64,000 nt of DNA. Origin: a virus. Positions 38,388-48,176 of this stretch are shown piece after piece (the first letter of the stretch is position 1; each line of letters starts with the position of its first letter). The position numbers and the translations under genes were made by a program. The notes under the pieces were generated by a model, which saw only the letters and a list, made by a program, of their open reading frames with translations, did no database searches and was not told the origin of the DNA. The stretch is from positions 2,818 to 66,817 of IMG/VR virus record IMGVR_UViG_3300020195_000027; one strand, given 5' to 3'.

Positions 38388-38912
38388 ATGATAACAATTC
38401 CAGAAAAAAAACCAGAGCTACTAAAAAACCTTGAGGTGGATTTTGGAACAACTATTGCTCAGTCAATTTGGCAGCGGGTAGCTTGGCAGTTAAATTTCAT
38501 GAGCGCGTCCGTTCCAATTGGTCTGATAATGTATTTTTATCAATCTCAAACTCTGGCTGGTGGGGGCTCGATTCCCGCACCAGTAGGTACTTGGCAGTTT
38601 TGTGATGGGGTTTCTATTACAGATGCAGACTCTCCTTTATTTGGACAAAACACCCCGGATTTTAGATTGCTTATTAAGAAGCAGGATACTCCTATTTTAA
38701 CTACTGGTGGGGTTGCCACTCATGACTTGGCTCATGATCACGAGGGGTTCACTGGATTTACAACAGATCTTGAGGCTGGAAATTTTCGAACGGATTTTGG
38801 ATTCGATAAGGCTCAGGGGAATAGCCATCGACACGCAATTTTAAGTGCGCTTGGAGACATCAGCACACTTCCGCCTTATGTTGAGCTTCAACCGTACATG
38901 AGGATAAAATAA
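38388..38912 (+). CDS. Tail-collar-like protein 1
   Basis: VPIG.I, WQFCDG, TPDFR, HDH/HRH and LPPY....YMRI motifs. Confidence 0.75.
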   Translation: MITIPEKKPELLKNLEVDFGTTIAQSIWQRVAWQLNFMSASVPIGLIMYFYQSQTLAGGGSIPAPVGTWQFCDGVSITDADSPLFGQNTPDFRLLIKKQDTPILTTGGVATHDLAHDHEGFTGFTTDLEAGNFRTDFGFDKAQGNSHRHAILSALGDISTLPPYVELQPYMRIK

Positions 38913-39424
38913 TGCCCGTAGAAATAATAAACGATGACCTTGGAAACTTTGGGGACATATCTTCTCAGGAGTTGGCGTTAAAATTAAAAAATTCTTTGGA
39001 CCTAATTGACAAAATGCTTCCCGTTGGGTGGATTGCTCCCATCATGGTGAACATGGCAGGGGTGTTACCAGATCCTAATATTTGGCAATTATGCGACGGG
39101 TCCGAAATAACAAATCCCAACAGTCCTCTCAGGAGCATTCCTGGCACGCCCAGGTTCTCTCCCAATCTATCGGACAGGTTTTTACGGATGACTACTACCC
39201 TTGGTCTGGTTGGCGATTCTGGGGGCGTTAAGGCGCATAGTTTTCAACATGATCATGGCGGTCGAACAACAGAGCATGAATCACAAGAGGGCGCGGACTC
39301 TTCCAAGAGTGGTTTGGAAAATACTGCGTTTACCCATAAGCACACTGTTGTAAGCTCTCTCCCTGGAGACAAACAAATGGAGCCGCCGTTTATACAAGTT
39401 CAATTTTATATAAAGATACAGTGA
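38912..39424 (+). CDS. Tail-collar-like protein 2
   Basis: LPVG.I, WQLCDG, PNLSDRFLR, HDH/HKH and EPPF...FYIKI motifs. Confidence 0.75.
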   Translation: MPVEIINDDLGNFGDISSQELALKLKNSLDLIDKMLPVGWIAPIMVNMAGVLPDPNIWQLCDGSEITNPNSPLRSIPGTPRFSPNLSDRFLRMTTTLGLVGDSGGVKAHSFQHDHGGRTTEHESQEGADSSKSGLENTAFTHKHTVVSSLPGDKQMEPPFIQVQFYIKIQ

Positions 39425-39430
39425 GGAAAA

Positions 39431-39973
39431 ATGGCACAAATAACACCACCAATTTTTACATATATTCATGACGAAGAAACCAACTATAAAATAAGCAAAT
39501 CCGAGGAATTGGCCAGAAAAATTATTCACGATACTAACTACATGAGCGGGGTACTTCCGCTTGGTCAAATAATGACCGCGAATATAAATCAAGTTGGTGC
39601 TATACCAATAAATCTAAATGTTTGGCAGCTATGCGATGGCTCCGAAATAGTAAACCCCGCCTCCCCATTGAGAAGTATAGGGGTAAATATAAGGTTTACG
39701 CCAAATATGCCCGATACTTTCATGCGAGGAGCAAACACAGTTACGGGAAATCCTACGGGAGGTTCTCAGAACTTTAATTTAGCCCATGATCACTCTGGGG
39801 GAACTCAGGGAGACGATCCAAGCGGATTAACAGCGTATCAGGATGACGGAGATCCTGGTGCGAGAAGGTACAGGGAGAGTCACGGGCATGGGCTTGGTCC
39901 TCCAGCAATAGGAAATATCGTAATTGATTTTCCAAAGTGGTTTAAGGTTGCTCCATACATGAAAATACAGTGA
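39431..39973 (+). CDS. Tail-collar-like protein 3
   Basis: LPLG.I, WQLCDG, PNMPDTFMRG, HDH/HGH and PKW....YMKI motifs. Confidence 0.75.
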   Translation: MAQITPPIFTYIHDEETNYKISKSEELARKIIHDTNYMSGVLPLGQIMTANINQVGAIPINLNVWQLCDGSEIVNPASPLRSIGVNIRFTPNMPDTFMRGANTVTGNPTGGSQNFNLAHDHSGGTQGDDPSGLTAYQDDGDPGARRYRESHGHGLGPPAIGNIVIDFPKWFKVAPYMKIQ

Positions 39974-39980
39974 GGGAGTT

Positions 39981-40568
39981 ATGACAGGAACATATAATTT
40001 AAAAGCTCAAATATTTGTAGAAGCTGCTTTAAAGTTTGTTGGAGTAACCGAGAATGGCGGCGACAACAGGGGTCCAGAGGTTGAAATGTTTCAAAAGGCT
40101 GTTGATGGAAAGGCGGCTCAAGAGGCTTGGTGTCTTGGGTTTTCTCAATATTGTGTAAGGGAAGCAGATAAAAAATACTCAGAACTTTTTGAGGGGACTA
40201 CTCCAAAAAACATATTGTTTCAAACCGAACACGTTCTTACGCTGTGGAATAAAACTCCAAAAGAAAACAGAATAGAAAAGCCGCACGTTGGTTGTTTGAT
40301 TTTGTGGAACTATTACAAGGATGGAAAACAAACGACGCTCGGACACGTTGGAATAGTATCAAAAATAATTGATGATACGTTTTGCCAATCAGTAGAGGGT
40401 AACACGTCGCCATCAAACTCAGTGCAAAGAAATGGTGACGGGGTGTACCTAAAAACCAGAGCATACAGTAGCACAGCGTCAAACATGCGCATACTTGGAT
40501 TTATTAGCTGTTGGGATGTAAATTTTGACCACGACAGAAGATTAAGACAAATTATTCCGCTGGTGTAA
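39981..40568 (+). CDS. CHAP-domain peptidoglycan hydrolase (endolysin)
   Basis: GVTE..GDNRGPEV, AWCLGF, GHVGIV and SVEGNT motifs. Confidence 0.88.
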   Translation: MTGTYNLKAQIFVEAALKFVGVTENGGDNRGPEVEMFQKAVDGKAAQEAWCLGFSQYCVREADKKYSELFEGTTPKNILFQTEHVLTLWNKTPKENRIEKPHVGCLILWNYYKDGKQTTLGHVGIVSKIIDDTFCQSVEGNTSPSNSVQRNGDGVYLKTRAYSSTASNMRILGFISCWDVNFDHDRRLRQIIPLV

Positions 40569-40617
40569 TAAAAAAGGTTTGTAATATCTTTGATTATCAA
40601 ACAGAATTTATTACATA

Positions 40618-41358
40618 GTGCAATTACAACTAATCCAAACCGAATCGCGCAAGTCTGTTGCTAAAAAAAAACCAAGCCGGGTTGGGTCTTTTAAACGAGT
40701 TTGTGTGCAATCTACTCTGTGGAACTACCTTGACATAAAATCCAAGAAAAAAAAGTTAGCGCAATCACGGCGGGTAAAAGAATATGAAAAAATGGTGCTC
40801 TCATTTGTCAACGACATGATGGCAAAAAAAAGAATACATGACATTTCAATAGATCGAGAAGACTTAATCCAGGTTGGCATGATGTACGTGTGGGAAGCTA
40901 TCAATCAATACGATCCTAGTCGTGGGGCCAAGGAAAGCACGTTCGTATATCTAAAGCTACTAACCAAGTTCATTAACCTAACAAAAAAATCTTCAAACAA
41001 AAACAGGATTACAAAAAACTTCTCTGAGTTTTCAAACATGGGAAGCATTTGCGACTCTTCAGAATACGAAGGGGATCTTTTTTCGGGACGTATTTCAAAA
41101 GACTTTATCCAATCTTTGGAGGTGGATATGTTTGAACACATAGATTTGAGCTTATTTATGGAAAAAATGGGAGGTCCAGAGCGGTATGTCCTTCAAAAGC
41201 GTCTTGAGGGATGTAATTTATTTAAAGAAATCAAAAACGATGACATTAGTTCGGTAAAATCCCTAAGTGTTTCAATGAAAAAGATAAGGGAAGGTTATGG
41301 AAGATTTACAGAAGGACATAGAGAACGACCTGAAAGGTGTCGGAATAAGGGTCATTGA
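40618..41358 (+). CDS. Sigma-70-family (region 2/4) factor
   Basis: DREDLIQVG....WEAINQYDPSRGAKESTFVY region-2 motif. Confidence 0.8.
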   Translation: MQLQLIQTESRKSVAKKKPSRVGSFKRVCVQSTLWNYLDIKSKKKKLAQSRRVKEYEKMVLSFVNDMMAKKRIHDISIDREDLIQVGMMYVWEAINQYDPSRGAKESTFVYLKLLTKFINLTKKSSNKNRITKNFSEFSNMGSICDSSEYEGDLFSGRISKDFIQSLEVDMFEHIDLSLFMEKMGGPERYVLQKRLEGCNLFKEIKNDDISSVKSLSVSMKKIREGYGRFTEGHRERPERCRNKGH

Positions 41359-41833
41359 AAAAGAAGAGTTCGACTTGCCAAAAGATACCAGCATGAAAGT
41401 AAACTGCTTTGTTGATATAGAAAATAACCCCGGTCTTGAGGGGTTGATATTTGAAAAAACCACCAAGAGAGGTAGTAAGGTTTTTGTTTATAGTTTTTCT
41501 CATGCTGATGGGTGCCTTAAATTCAGCGTAGGAACAAAGCCACACAAATCATTCCTTGAAACCTACGAGTTTAAAAATAATTCAATTTGCATGGCTTTTA
41601 TGGACTTTTGTTGGGTCTTGTCTGATGGAACAACCAACGAAAGTGCGCAAGAAAACAAAACCAGGGTAGATCCATCGTTAAAGTTGGGTGACTTAACTTG
41701 GTGCTTACCCTCTAAATTTGCAGACGACGTTATAGATGTAATCGGTCTTTTAAACGTATCTGTTTTATCAGGAATAATGGAGAACTCATTTTTATATGGA
41801 CCAATTTTTGAAAAAAATATTGCTGTTGTTTAA
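41297..41833 (+). CDS. Hypothetical protein
   Basis: GGAAGG RBS; operonic. Confidence 0.55.
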   Translation: MEDLQKDIENDLKGVGIRVIEKEEFDLPKDTSMKVNCFVDIENNPGLEGLIFEKTTKRGSKVFVYSFSHADGCLKFSVGTKPHKSFLETYEFKNNSICMAFMDFCWVLSDGTTNESAQENKTRVDPSLKLGDLTWCLPSKFADDVIDVIGLLNVSVLSGIMENSFLYGPIFEKNIAVV

Positions 41834-42008
41834 AAAAAATGACGAAACTAAAATTTTAGACGCTGTTATATCCACCCTTATCATACAAAAGTGGGAAAGG
41901 TCCGGATATATGCACGGATTTTGTGATGGAATTATCCATGCAAGATCATTAATGAAAAAAGATGAACCAAAATATCTTGAGGATATTGGAAAAACAAAGG
42001 AGACATAA
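41796..42008 (+). CDS. Hypothetical protein
   Basis: Operonic ORF coupled to the next gene by TAATG. Confidence 0.5.
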   Translation: MDQFLKKILLLFKKNDETKILDAVISTLIIQKWERSGYMHGFCDGIIHARSLMKKDEPKYLEDIGKTKET

Positions 42009-42442
42009 TGTTAAATGGAATCAAAGGAGCCTTAATTGGCTTGATAGGATCAAAGAAAATACAATCTGCGGCAATAGGAGCTTTAACCGTATTGGTTCTA
42101 AAAGTTATCCCAATGGATCAAGCACTAGCGGCTGAACTAGCTAACGGTGTGTTCATTGTATTCTTAACGCTCATTGGAGCTCAGGGGTTAACGGATCTCG
42201 GAAAGGGTGACTCTGATAAGCCTAGCGGTCTTGTGGACGCATTAAAGAAATCTTTCGGTGGGTTGATGCAATCAAAGAAGTTTTACACAGCCATAGCTGC
42301 TGTTTTGGCTTATGGGGTTGTTAAAATTCTTAAATTAGATTCTGAATCTGCTCAGAAAACATCTGAGGGGATCTTGGCTGTTGCTGTTGTTCTTTTGGGA
42401 TCTCAGGGCCTAACTGATTTAGGTAAAGCTAAGGCTGAGTGA
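42008..42442 (+). CDS. Holin-like membrane protein made of two tandem 2-TM units
   Basis: SKK...GAQGLTDLGK and SKK...GSQGLTDLGK repeats; four hydrophobic segments. Confidence 0.65.
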   Translation: MLNGIKGALIGLIGSKKIQSAAIGALTVLVLKVIPMDQALAAELANGVFIVFLTLIGAQGLTDLGKGDSDKPSGLVDALKKSFGGLMQSKKFYTAIAAVLAYGVVKILKLDSESAQKTSEGILAVAVVLLGSQGLTDLGKAKAE

Positions 42443-43284
42443 AAATGTTAACAGCATTGTTATTATTTGGGTGCATGACTTCAAATCATAACAAAGACCA
42501 TACTCTTCCCACGTTTGGGCTAAACTATCCTTCCGTGGAGTTTTTGGCTTGTGGGGAGCGTTTTGTCGGCGTTGGAATCTGCGCGTTGAAAAACATTAGT
42601 GATCTAAAATTAAAAATATTGGGTCTTCACAAAGGATCTATTATTGTTACGTCAACGTGCGGATACAACTTTTCAGTAATGTATTCAAAGACAGAAGAAA
42701 TAAACATTCCAATAGAAAAACTTAAGACGTGTTGGTATTCGTTCATGGTTCAGGTGTTGGTTGATGGCGTTCTTGTTCATCCTATTGACGGTCATTTGTG
42801 GGTCACAACAGAGGATGATGGTAGGACGTTTGTAAGCAAATACCAAAGAGAGTACGACCAAGTCATCCAGTTTGTTGCTGATCGCCCAACGATAGTCACT
42901 TTCATTGGTTGCGGAATAAAATACCATAAACTTAGAATACCCGAAGATGGTAACATTTCAGTTTCTACTTACGAAGTTAACGTCAAAGAAAAAAAATGTA
43001 TCCTATTTGGGCAGTTTGATTCTGAGATGGTTTACTGGCTATTGTGGAGACACGAAAAAGGGACATCTACGCTCCCAGAGCCAACGGTAAAAAGAAATAT
43101 GTTTTCAACAAGTGTTTATGCAGACGGCTCGGTTTTGATGATCGCGGTAGATAATGAAGTAAAATTTGGAAACAGTGTAACATTTTGGTTTAAATCAAAG
43201 TGGGAATACATAAGACTTTTCACTACAAGCGGAAGGGTTCTTGTGGGTAAAAAAACAGGAGATGATATAATATGGATGAATTAA
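42439..43284 (+). CDS. Putative lipoprotein
   Basis: MKMLTALLLFGC lipobox-like N-terminus; Cys-rich. Confidence 0.55.
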   Translation: MKMLTALLLFGCMTSNHNKDHTLPTFGLNYPSVEFLACGERFVGVGICALKNISDLKLKILGLHKGSIIVTSTCGYNFSVMYSKTEEINIPIEKLKTCWYSFMVQVLVDGVLVHPIDGHLWVTTEDDGRTFVSKYQREYDQVIQFVADRPTIVTFIGCGIKYHKLRIPEDGNISVSTYEVNVKEKKCILFGQFDSEMVYWLLWRHEKGTSTLPEPTVKRNMFSTSVYADGSVLMIAVDNEVKFGNSVTFWFKSKWEYIRLFTTSGRVLVGKKTGDDIIWMN

Positions 43285-43550
43285 AAATTATAGACACATT
43301 CCTATCAATAGTAAATTCACAAGACGGGGCAATTGGAAGCATATCAAAGGCAGCTCTTCTAATGATCGGTGCCGTAGCCGTGTGGTTCATAACAAACAAA
43401 CGAAAACAAATTGAAATAGAAAAGGTAAAAGAAAACACAGCGTTAGGATTAAACTCCGCAACAGAGGAGTTAAGGGAATCTAACAGGATATTAACCAGTG
43501 GGACCAAAGCAGATCTTGAGGAATTTAAAAGATTTAAGAGAAAAAGATGA
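43272..43550 (+). CDS. Small membrane protein
   Basis: One transmembrane segment and a charged helical tail. Confidence 0.55.
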   Translation: MDELKIIDTFLSIVNSQDGAIGSISKAALLMIGAVAVWFITNKRKQIEIEKVKENTALGLNSATEELRESNRILTSGTKADLEEFKRFKRKR

Positions 43551-44287
43551 CTGTGCTTAGTCTGGACCTTGCCACTAAGACGGGTTGGGCCTTATTAGAA
43601 AAGGCAGAAGAAAAAATAAAACTTCGACAATATGGTCTAATAGAAACACCATTGGAAAAGTTTGCATATCCATATCCCAAAAACCTTGTATTGTGTGCCA
43701 ATGAAATGTCAGAACAGCTGATAGGAATTTACAACTTATTCAAACCGGACATGGTTGTAATTGAGGAAACAAACATCCCAAGGGGGGGATATGGGTCAAG
43801 ATACAGTCACAAAATATTAGAGTTTATTCACTTTGCTTTCAACGATTTATTAATTTCTAAAAACAAAATCGCTCACTATATCAGTACAAGTGAGTGGAGG
43901 ATGATTTCTGGGGTATCTCTAGGAAAAGAGCAGCGGGATCTCAATAAGGAGATTGCAAAAGATCGGGAGAAAAGAAAAGACATAATATCAGAAGAATTGA
44001 TGGGTCAAATAAAAGAGCGGTATGGCTTGGGTATTATTGACAATAAGGAGGAACAAAAAAGAGTTAACAAGCTAATTAAAGAAGAGTTTAAAAAAAGAAT
44101 TAAAAAAAGGGTTTCAAAAATGTCTAAAACTAGAGTTGGCGGGGTCGTTACTCCAAAGGTAACCATTAAAGACGCTTCTGTTATTAGGGTTAATGAGATG
44201 TTTGGAACTTCGTTTGGTAAAAAAAATCACGATACAGCCGAAGCCATTTTGCTTGGGGTTGCATTTATAAAGAAGGGGAAGCTATGA
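43547..44287 (+). CDS. RuvC-like Holliday junction resolvase with a basic helical insert
   Basis: VLSLDLATKTGWA, VVIEE, SEWR and HDTAEAILLG motifs. Confidence 0.85.
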   Translation: MTVLSLDLATKTGWALLEKAEEKIKLRQYGLIETPLEKFAYPYPKNLVLCANEMSEQLIGIYNLFKPDMVVIEETNIPRGGYGSRYSHKILEFIHFAFNDLLISKNKIAHYISTSEWRMISGVSLGKEQRDLNKEIAKDREKRKDIISEELMGQIKERYGLGIIDNKEEQKRVNKLIKEEFKKRIKKRVSKMSKTRVGGVVTPKVTIKDASVIRVNEMFGTSFGKKNHDTAEAILLGVAFIKKGKL

Positions 44288-44841
44288 ACCAAGAAACAAT
44301 ACAAAAACTTAGCGAATATAATATTCCAGAGCTTGAGCATCTAAAAACAGAGTTCGCTTTAACGATGGAGGAACACAACGACCTTAAACAACTTCATCCT
44401 GCGGTTAGCGGTTTGGTCAAGACCTACATGAATAAGTTCGTAGACGAGCAGAATAAAATATTTACAGCATATACCCTTCAAATTGCCACTACGCTAAACG
44501 GCGTGATGGGGAGGGAGTTTTCTTCATTAACCCAAAAGGTTAACGATTTGTTCGCTATTAGAAACGCCATAAAATACTTGCTGAGCGGGGTTAATTCTCG
44601 GCTTGAAAACATGGAGTGTTTATTAAGGTCCCACATGGAAGAAATGTGCAGAGAATTTGGGGTTGGTAAAACAGACGAGGAGTCTCTTGAGTTCTTTAAA
44701 AAGATGGATGAGAGAATTTCTGTCAGAACACAGGAAATAAAAGCGGATCTTATACGGATAGCCAAAGAAGAACTATTGACGGCTAAACAGGAGGGTCCGG
44801 GTGTTCAAGAAAAAGAAAACACTGAAGACAGCAACGGATGA
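44284..44841 (+). CDS. Helical hypothetical protein
   Basis: ATGA overlap with the upstream gene. Confidence 0.6.
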   Translation: MNQETIQKLSEYNIPELEHLKTEFALTMEEHNDLKQLHPAVSGLVKTYMNKFVDEQNKIFTAYTLQIATTLNGVMGREFSSLTQKVNDLFAIRNAIKYLLSGVNSRLENMECLLRSHMEEMCREFGVGKTDEESLEFFKKMDERISVRTQEIKADLIRIAKEELLTAKQEGPGVQEKENTEDSNG

Positions 44842-44995
44842 CGATATTGCCTACGCAAAAAAGGTCGTAGACAGTGTCTTTTATCCAGTTATTAAGAAGC
44901 AAATTGATTTGATAAACAAAACTCTTGAGAAGAGAAACATTAGAGCAGGAATAGAAATTAAATGGTTTTTTGACAGGTTCGAGGGGGAACAATGA
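44801..44995 (+). CDS. Small hypothetical protein
   Basis: GGAGG RBS; ATGA overlap with the next gene. Confidence 0.55.
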   Translation: MFKKKKTLKTATDDDIAYAKKVVDSVFYPVIKKQIDLINKTLEKRNIRAGIEIKWFFDRFEGEQ

Positions 44996-45345
44996 AGTCA
45001 GAAGTTTTTGAATTTACACGGTCTATGAAGACTCCAAACAATATTGAAAGCACAATGAACGAATTTTTGAAAAAGGTGTCTTTAAAAAAGGTCATTCAGG
45101 AAGAAAACGCATCCTCTGGGAAAATTTATTACACTTTATTTTACACAGATAGCTCCGAGGGTGATTGCGAGGTGAGGGTTGTAAGGGCTATTGGTGCCAA
45201 GGCAATAGCTAAGTCTATAAACGAAAGTATTAAGAACGCCGATCTTTTTGAAGTGACTCAGACTTCACAGAATAGCGGTCACACGGTTCTAACGGCTCTC
45301 TTCATTAAAAAGAAGAGAAGTAAAAAAGATGAATTGGAAAATTGA
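44992..45345 (+). CDS. Hypothetical protein with a weak internal two-fold repeat
   Basis: IESTMNEFLK...SGKIYYTLFY versus IAKSINESIK...SGHTVLTALF. Confidence 0.55.
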   Translation: MKSEVFEFTRSMKTPNNIESTMNEFLKKVSLKKVIQEENASSGKIYYTLFYTDSSEGDCEVRVVRAIGAKAIAKSINESIKNADLFEVTQTSQNSGHTVLTALFIKKKRSKKDELEN

Positions 45346-45931
45346 CAATAAGCTGTTGAGTCTTAGTGAAAAAGAAAAGCACAGAATCGGATTAGAAGTA
45401 GAGCATTTCTTAAAAAACGATCTGGGATATTTGGTGAACAAAAACATAATGTACTGTGAGAAGCTGGTGGGTGATGTTTTTGGTTGGGATAGAGATGATC
45501 TATTACAGCAGGTTCGTATTCAACTATGGAGGGCTTTAGCTGTGTTTGACGAAAAAGCCACCGCTTCAAAGAGGACGTTTCTTAGCGTTGCGGTATCAAA
45601 CTACTTTATGACTCTTGTCACCAAATCAAAAAGAAAAAAGAACATCAATAATAGTTTGGTTTTGTGTGGTGAAGACGACCTCTCAAGGGTTATCGACGAC
45701 CAAATAATTTGCCCTATAGATTTATATGCTGGTGAAAAAATGATAGATGATTTAATTGAAAAAATGAACGGGCATCATCTTGAGGTATATTACCACATGA
45801 TGATTATGAAAAAGGGAAGGTGTTGGGTGACCAAGCGCCTTAACTTAACGAGAAAAAAAATGACCGCGGTTATTCGGGAAACAAGTCAAATAGTAGATGA
45901 TCATTTAAAACAAGTGTCGAGGGGGTCTTAG
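45329..45931 (+). CDS. Second sigma-70-family factor
   Basis: DRDDLLQQVRIQLWRALAVFDEKATASKRTFL...VSNYF region-2 motif. Confidence 0.78.
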   Translation: MNWKIDNKLLSLSEKEKHRIGLEVEHFLKNDLGYLVNKNIMYCEKLVGDVFGWDRDDLLQQVRIQLWRALAVFDEKATASKRTFLSVAVSNYFMTLVTKSKRKKNINNSLVLCGEDDLSRVIDDQIICPIDLYAGEKMIDDLIEKMNGHHLEVYYHMMIMKKGRCWVTKRLNLTRKKMTAVIRETSQIVDDHLKQVSRGS

Positions 45932-46290
45932 TGTTTCAAGAGCAAATGTATTATAAGAAGAACGATAAATATGCCATACATATTTCAAACGATAATGACA
46001 ACAATGCGGTATTTCAGGTTGTTAGATTTTGTGAGCAAAGGCTTTTGAAAGATAGTGAAAAATACCACACAAAGATTGTTCTGGTGTCGGTGTGGGAAAA
46101 AAAAGTGCCAACAGAAATGCAAAATAAAAATCCAAAGAATCCCGCTGACTTCAAAAGGGAGTTTCAATCAACTTTAAAAGAAGCCAATATTGAATTTGAA
46201 AAACACAACATTAAACGCACGATCATGGTTGGTGCTTTAACTGACTCTTGGTCACAGTGCAAGGGTTTAAATGAGTCAAAGTGTATTTGA
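45931..46290 (+). CDS. Hypothetical protein upstream of the terminase
   Basis: GAGGGGG RBS; no clear small-terminase motif. Confidence 0.5.
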   Translation: MFQEQMYYKKNDKYAIHISNDNDNNAVFQVVRFCEQRLLKDSEKYHTKIVLVSVWEKKVPTEMQNKNPKNPADFKREFQSTLKEANIEFEKHNIKRTIMVGALTDSWSQCKGLNESKCI

Positions 46291-47662
46291 AATAAACTAT
46301 CAGAGGCACACTGGTCAACAAGAGGTTATTAGCGAGCTTGTAAGAAGAAAAAAAGAGTGGGACATTGCCACTATTGTTTGTTCTCGCGGCTGGGGTAAAA
46401 CTCTTTTTGGAACGTGTGATATCCTGGTTCCCACCATGCTCAGTTTAAAAAACTCGCAGTCTATGTGGGTTGCTCCAACATATAAACATTGCGGAGCTAT
46501 GTTCGACGACGTGTGGAAAGGCATAGACGAGAATACAGGGAAAAGGTTTATTCCTGATACTTGTGAAAATACGGGAATAAAATTCTTTGAACATAAAAAG
46601 GGTGTTTATGAGCTTCACTTATTTAACGGCTCAAAAGTTTTTGCGAGATCCACACAAAATCCAGACAACATTGTCGCCAAGGGATTCAATCTAATTATAA
46701 TAGATGAGGCTTCCCTCATTAATAAAGATATATTTTATCACCAGATTCTAGGAACCGCTCGACGAAAAGGAATCAAGATCATCATAATCACTACTCCAAG
46801 GGGTAAGAATTGGGTTTATGAGCTTTACCTAGCGGGACAAGAAAAAGGCAACGGGACCTATATTTCGTTCAGGCAGCCGTGGTGGAAGAGGCCAGATTAT
46901 CCAGAGTTCCTAAAAAAGATAATGCTGGATATTCCAGAGCATATTAGAAAACAAGAATTTGAGGCTGAGTTCATTGATGACGGGTCGGGGGCATTTACCA
47001 ATTTTTCTAATATCTTTAAGGGAGATTCAATTGATTTTCCAGGACAAAATCAACACTGGGAGCGTCCTTTAAGCCAAAAGGAATTGGACGAGGAAACATT
47101 TGTCCTGTCGGTGGACTTTGCAAAATCTGTGGATTATACGGTAATAGTCGGGATGACGCAAAACACAAGAAGAATGTTTTATTATAAGAGGTTCAATAAA
47201 ATGGACTACAAGCTGGTGTTGGAAGATTTGAGAAGAATAGCCAAAAAATACGAAGCCGATATAATATTCGATGCAACGGGAGTGGGCGCAGGATTGCAGG
47301 ATTTCCTGAGTGGCGACTTCAATGTCCATCCATTTAAATTCACCAACGAATCAAAAAATGAGATAATAAATAAAATGATATTAGCGTTTCAATATGTAGA
47401 AATAGAGCTTCCAAACATCACCACGATGCGGAATGAGTTTGAACTATTCACCTACACTATGAGCAAAACAGGAAAAATACTATATTCTGCTCCAGACGGA
47501 AAGCACGACGACACTGTGATAGCTGTGGCTATGGCGAACTGGTATTGTTTAGAAAACGCTGGTGCTGGTCAGGTTAGGGCTGTTGAGGATTATTTTAGCG
47601 TAATTAATGATATATATTCACCAAGATCTAAACTTCAGCAGTTAATGGATGAGGATGACTAG
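46271..47662 (+). CDS. terL: Terminase large subunit
   Basis: Walker A CSRGWGKT, Walker B IIIDEA, ITTPRG, and nuclease motifs SVDFAKSVDYT, FDATGVG and HDDTVIA. Confidence 0.93.
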   Translation: MSQSVFEINYQRHTGQQEVISELVRRKKEWDIATIVCSRGWGKTLFGTCDILVPTMLSLKNSQSMWVAPTYKHCGAMFDDVWKGIDENTGKRFIPDTCENTGIKFFEHKKGVYELHLFNGSKVFARSTQNPDNIVAKGFNLIIIDEASLINKDIFYHQILGTARRKGIKIIIITTPRGKNWVYELYLAGQEKGNGTYISFRQPWWKRPDYPEFLKKIMLDIPEHIRKQEFEAEFIDDGSGAFTNFSNIFKGDSIDFPGQNQHWERPLSQKELDEETFVLSVDFAKSVDYTVIVGMTQNTRRMFYYKRFNKMDYKLVLEDLRRIAKKYEADIIFDATGVGAGLQDFLSGDFNVHPFKFTNESKNEIINKMILAFQYVEIELPNITTMRNEFELFTYTMSKTGKILYSAPDGKHDDTVIAVAMANWYCLENAGAGQVRAVEDYFSVINDIYSPRSKLQQLMDEDD

Positions 47663-47685
47663 GGTATAATAAACCAGGAGGATTT

Positions 47686-47928
47686 ATGGCAAATAGCATA
47701 GAATCAATAGAAAAAGAAATGTCTGGAGTTCTGAAAAAAATATCGGACTCTAAGGCAGAGCTTGATCTAGCAAAGAGAGATTTTCTATCAGCAAAAAGCA
47801 CTGGCGACGTTGAGGCTTTAGCGGTTTCAAAGGTAAATCTTGCCAGGATACAAGAGCATAGAGACAGATTAAAACAAGACTTCTACGCTTGTAACGCGGA
47901 AATTATGGAAATCGGGAAACGAGTATAA
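47686..47928 (+). CDS. Small coiled-coil protein
   Basis: AGGAGG RBS with TATAAT upstream. Confidence 0.6.
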   Translation: MANSIESIEKEMSGVLKKISDSKAELDLAKRDFLSAKSTGDVEALAVSKVNLARIQEHRDRLKQDFYACNAEIMEIGKRV

Positions 47929-47935
47929 AAAGGGT

Positions 47936-48175
47936 ATGAGCTTGTTTAATCAATGGCTAAAAGAAACTAGGGTTCGCCTGGGGATGACTCAAAAAGAACT
48001 TGCCGTAGCGGTCGGCCTTAATTCATCACAGTCAATTGCAAACATTGAACGCGGAGCATCTAGGTTTCCTATGAAAAGGATTGCCCACTTGTGTGCATTG
48101 GCAAAAGTAAAAAAGGGAACCGTTATTTCAATTCTTGTTAAAGATTACAAAACTCACCTTGAGTCCAGGGTTTAA
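47936..48175 (+). CDS. XRE-family HTH regulator
   Basis: LKETRVRLGMTQKELAVAVG..SQSIANIERG. Confidence 0.88.
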   Translation: MSLFNQWLKETRVRLGMTQKELAVAVGLNSSQSIANIERGASRFPMKRIAHLCALAKVKKGTVISILVKDYKTHLESRV

Positions 48176-48176
48176 C

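Noticed and set aside
45931-46290. Terminase small subunit
   Set aside because: The position fits, but no HTH or oligomerisation pattern is recognisable, so it is left hypothetical.
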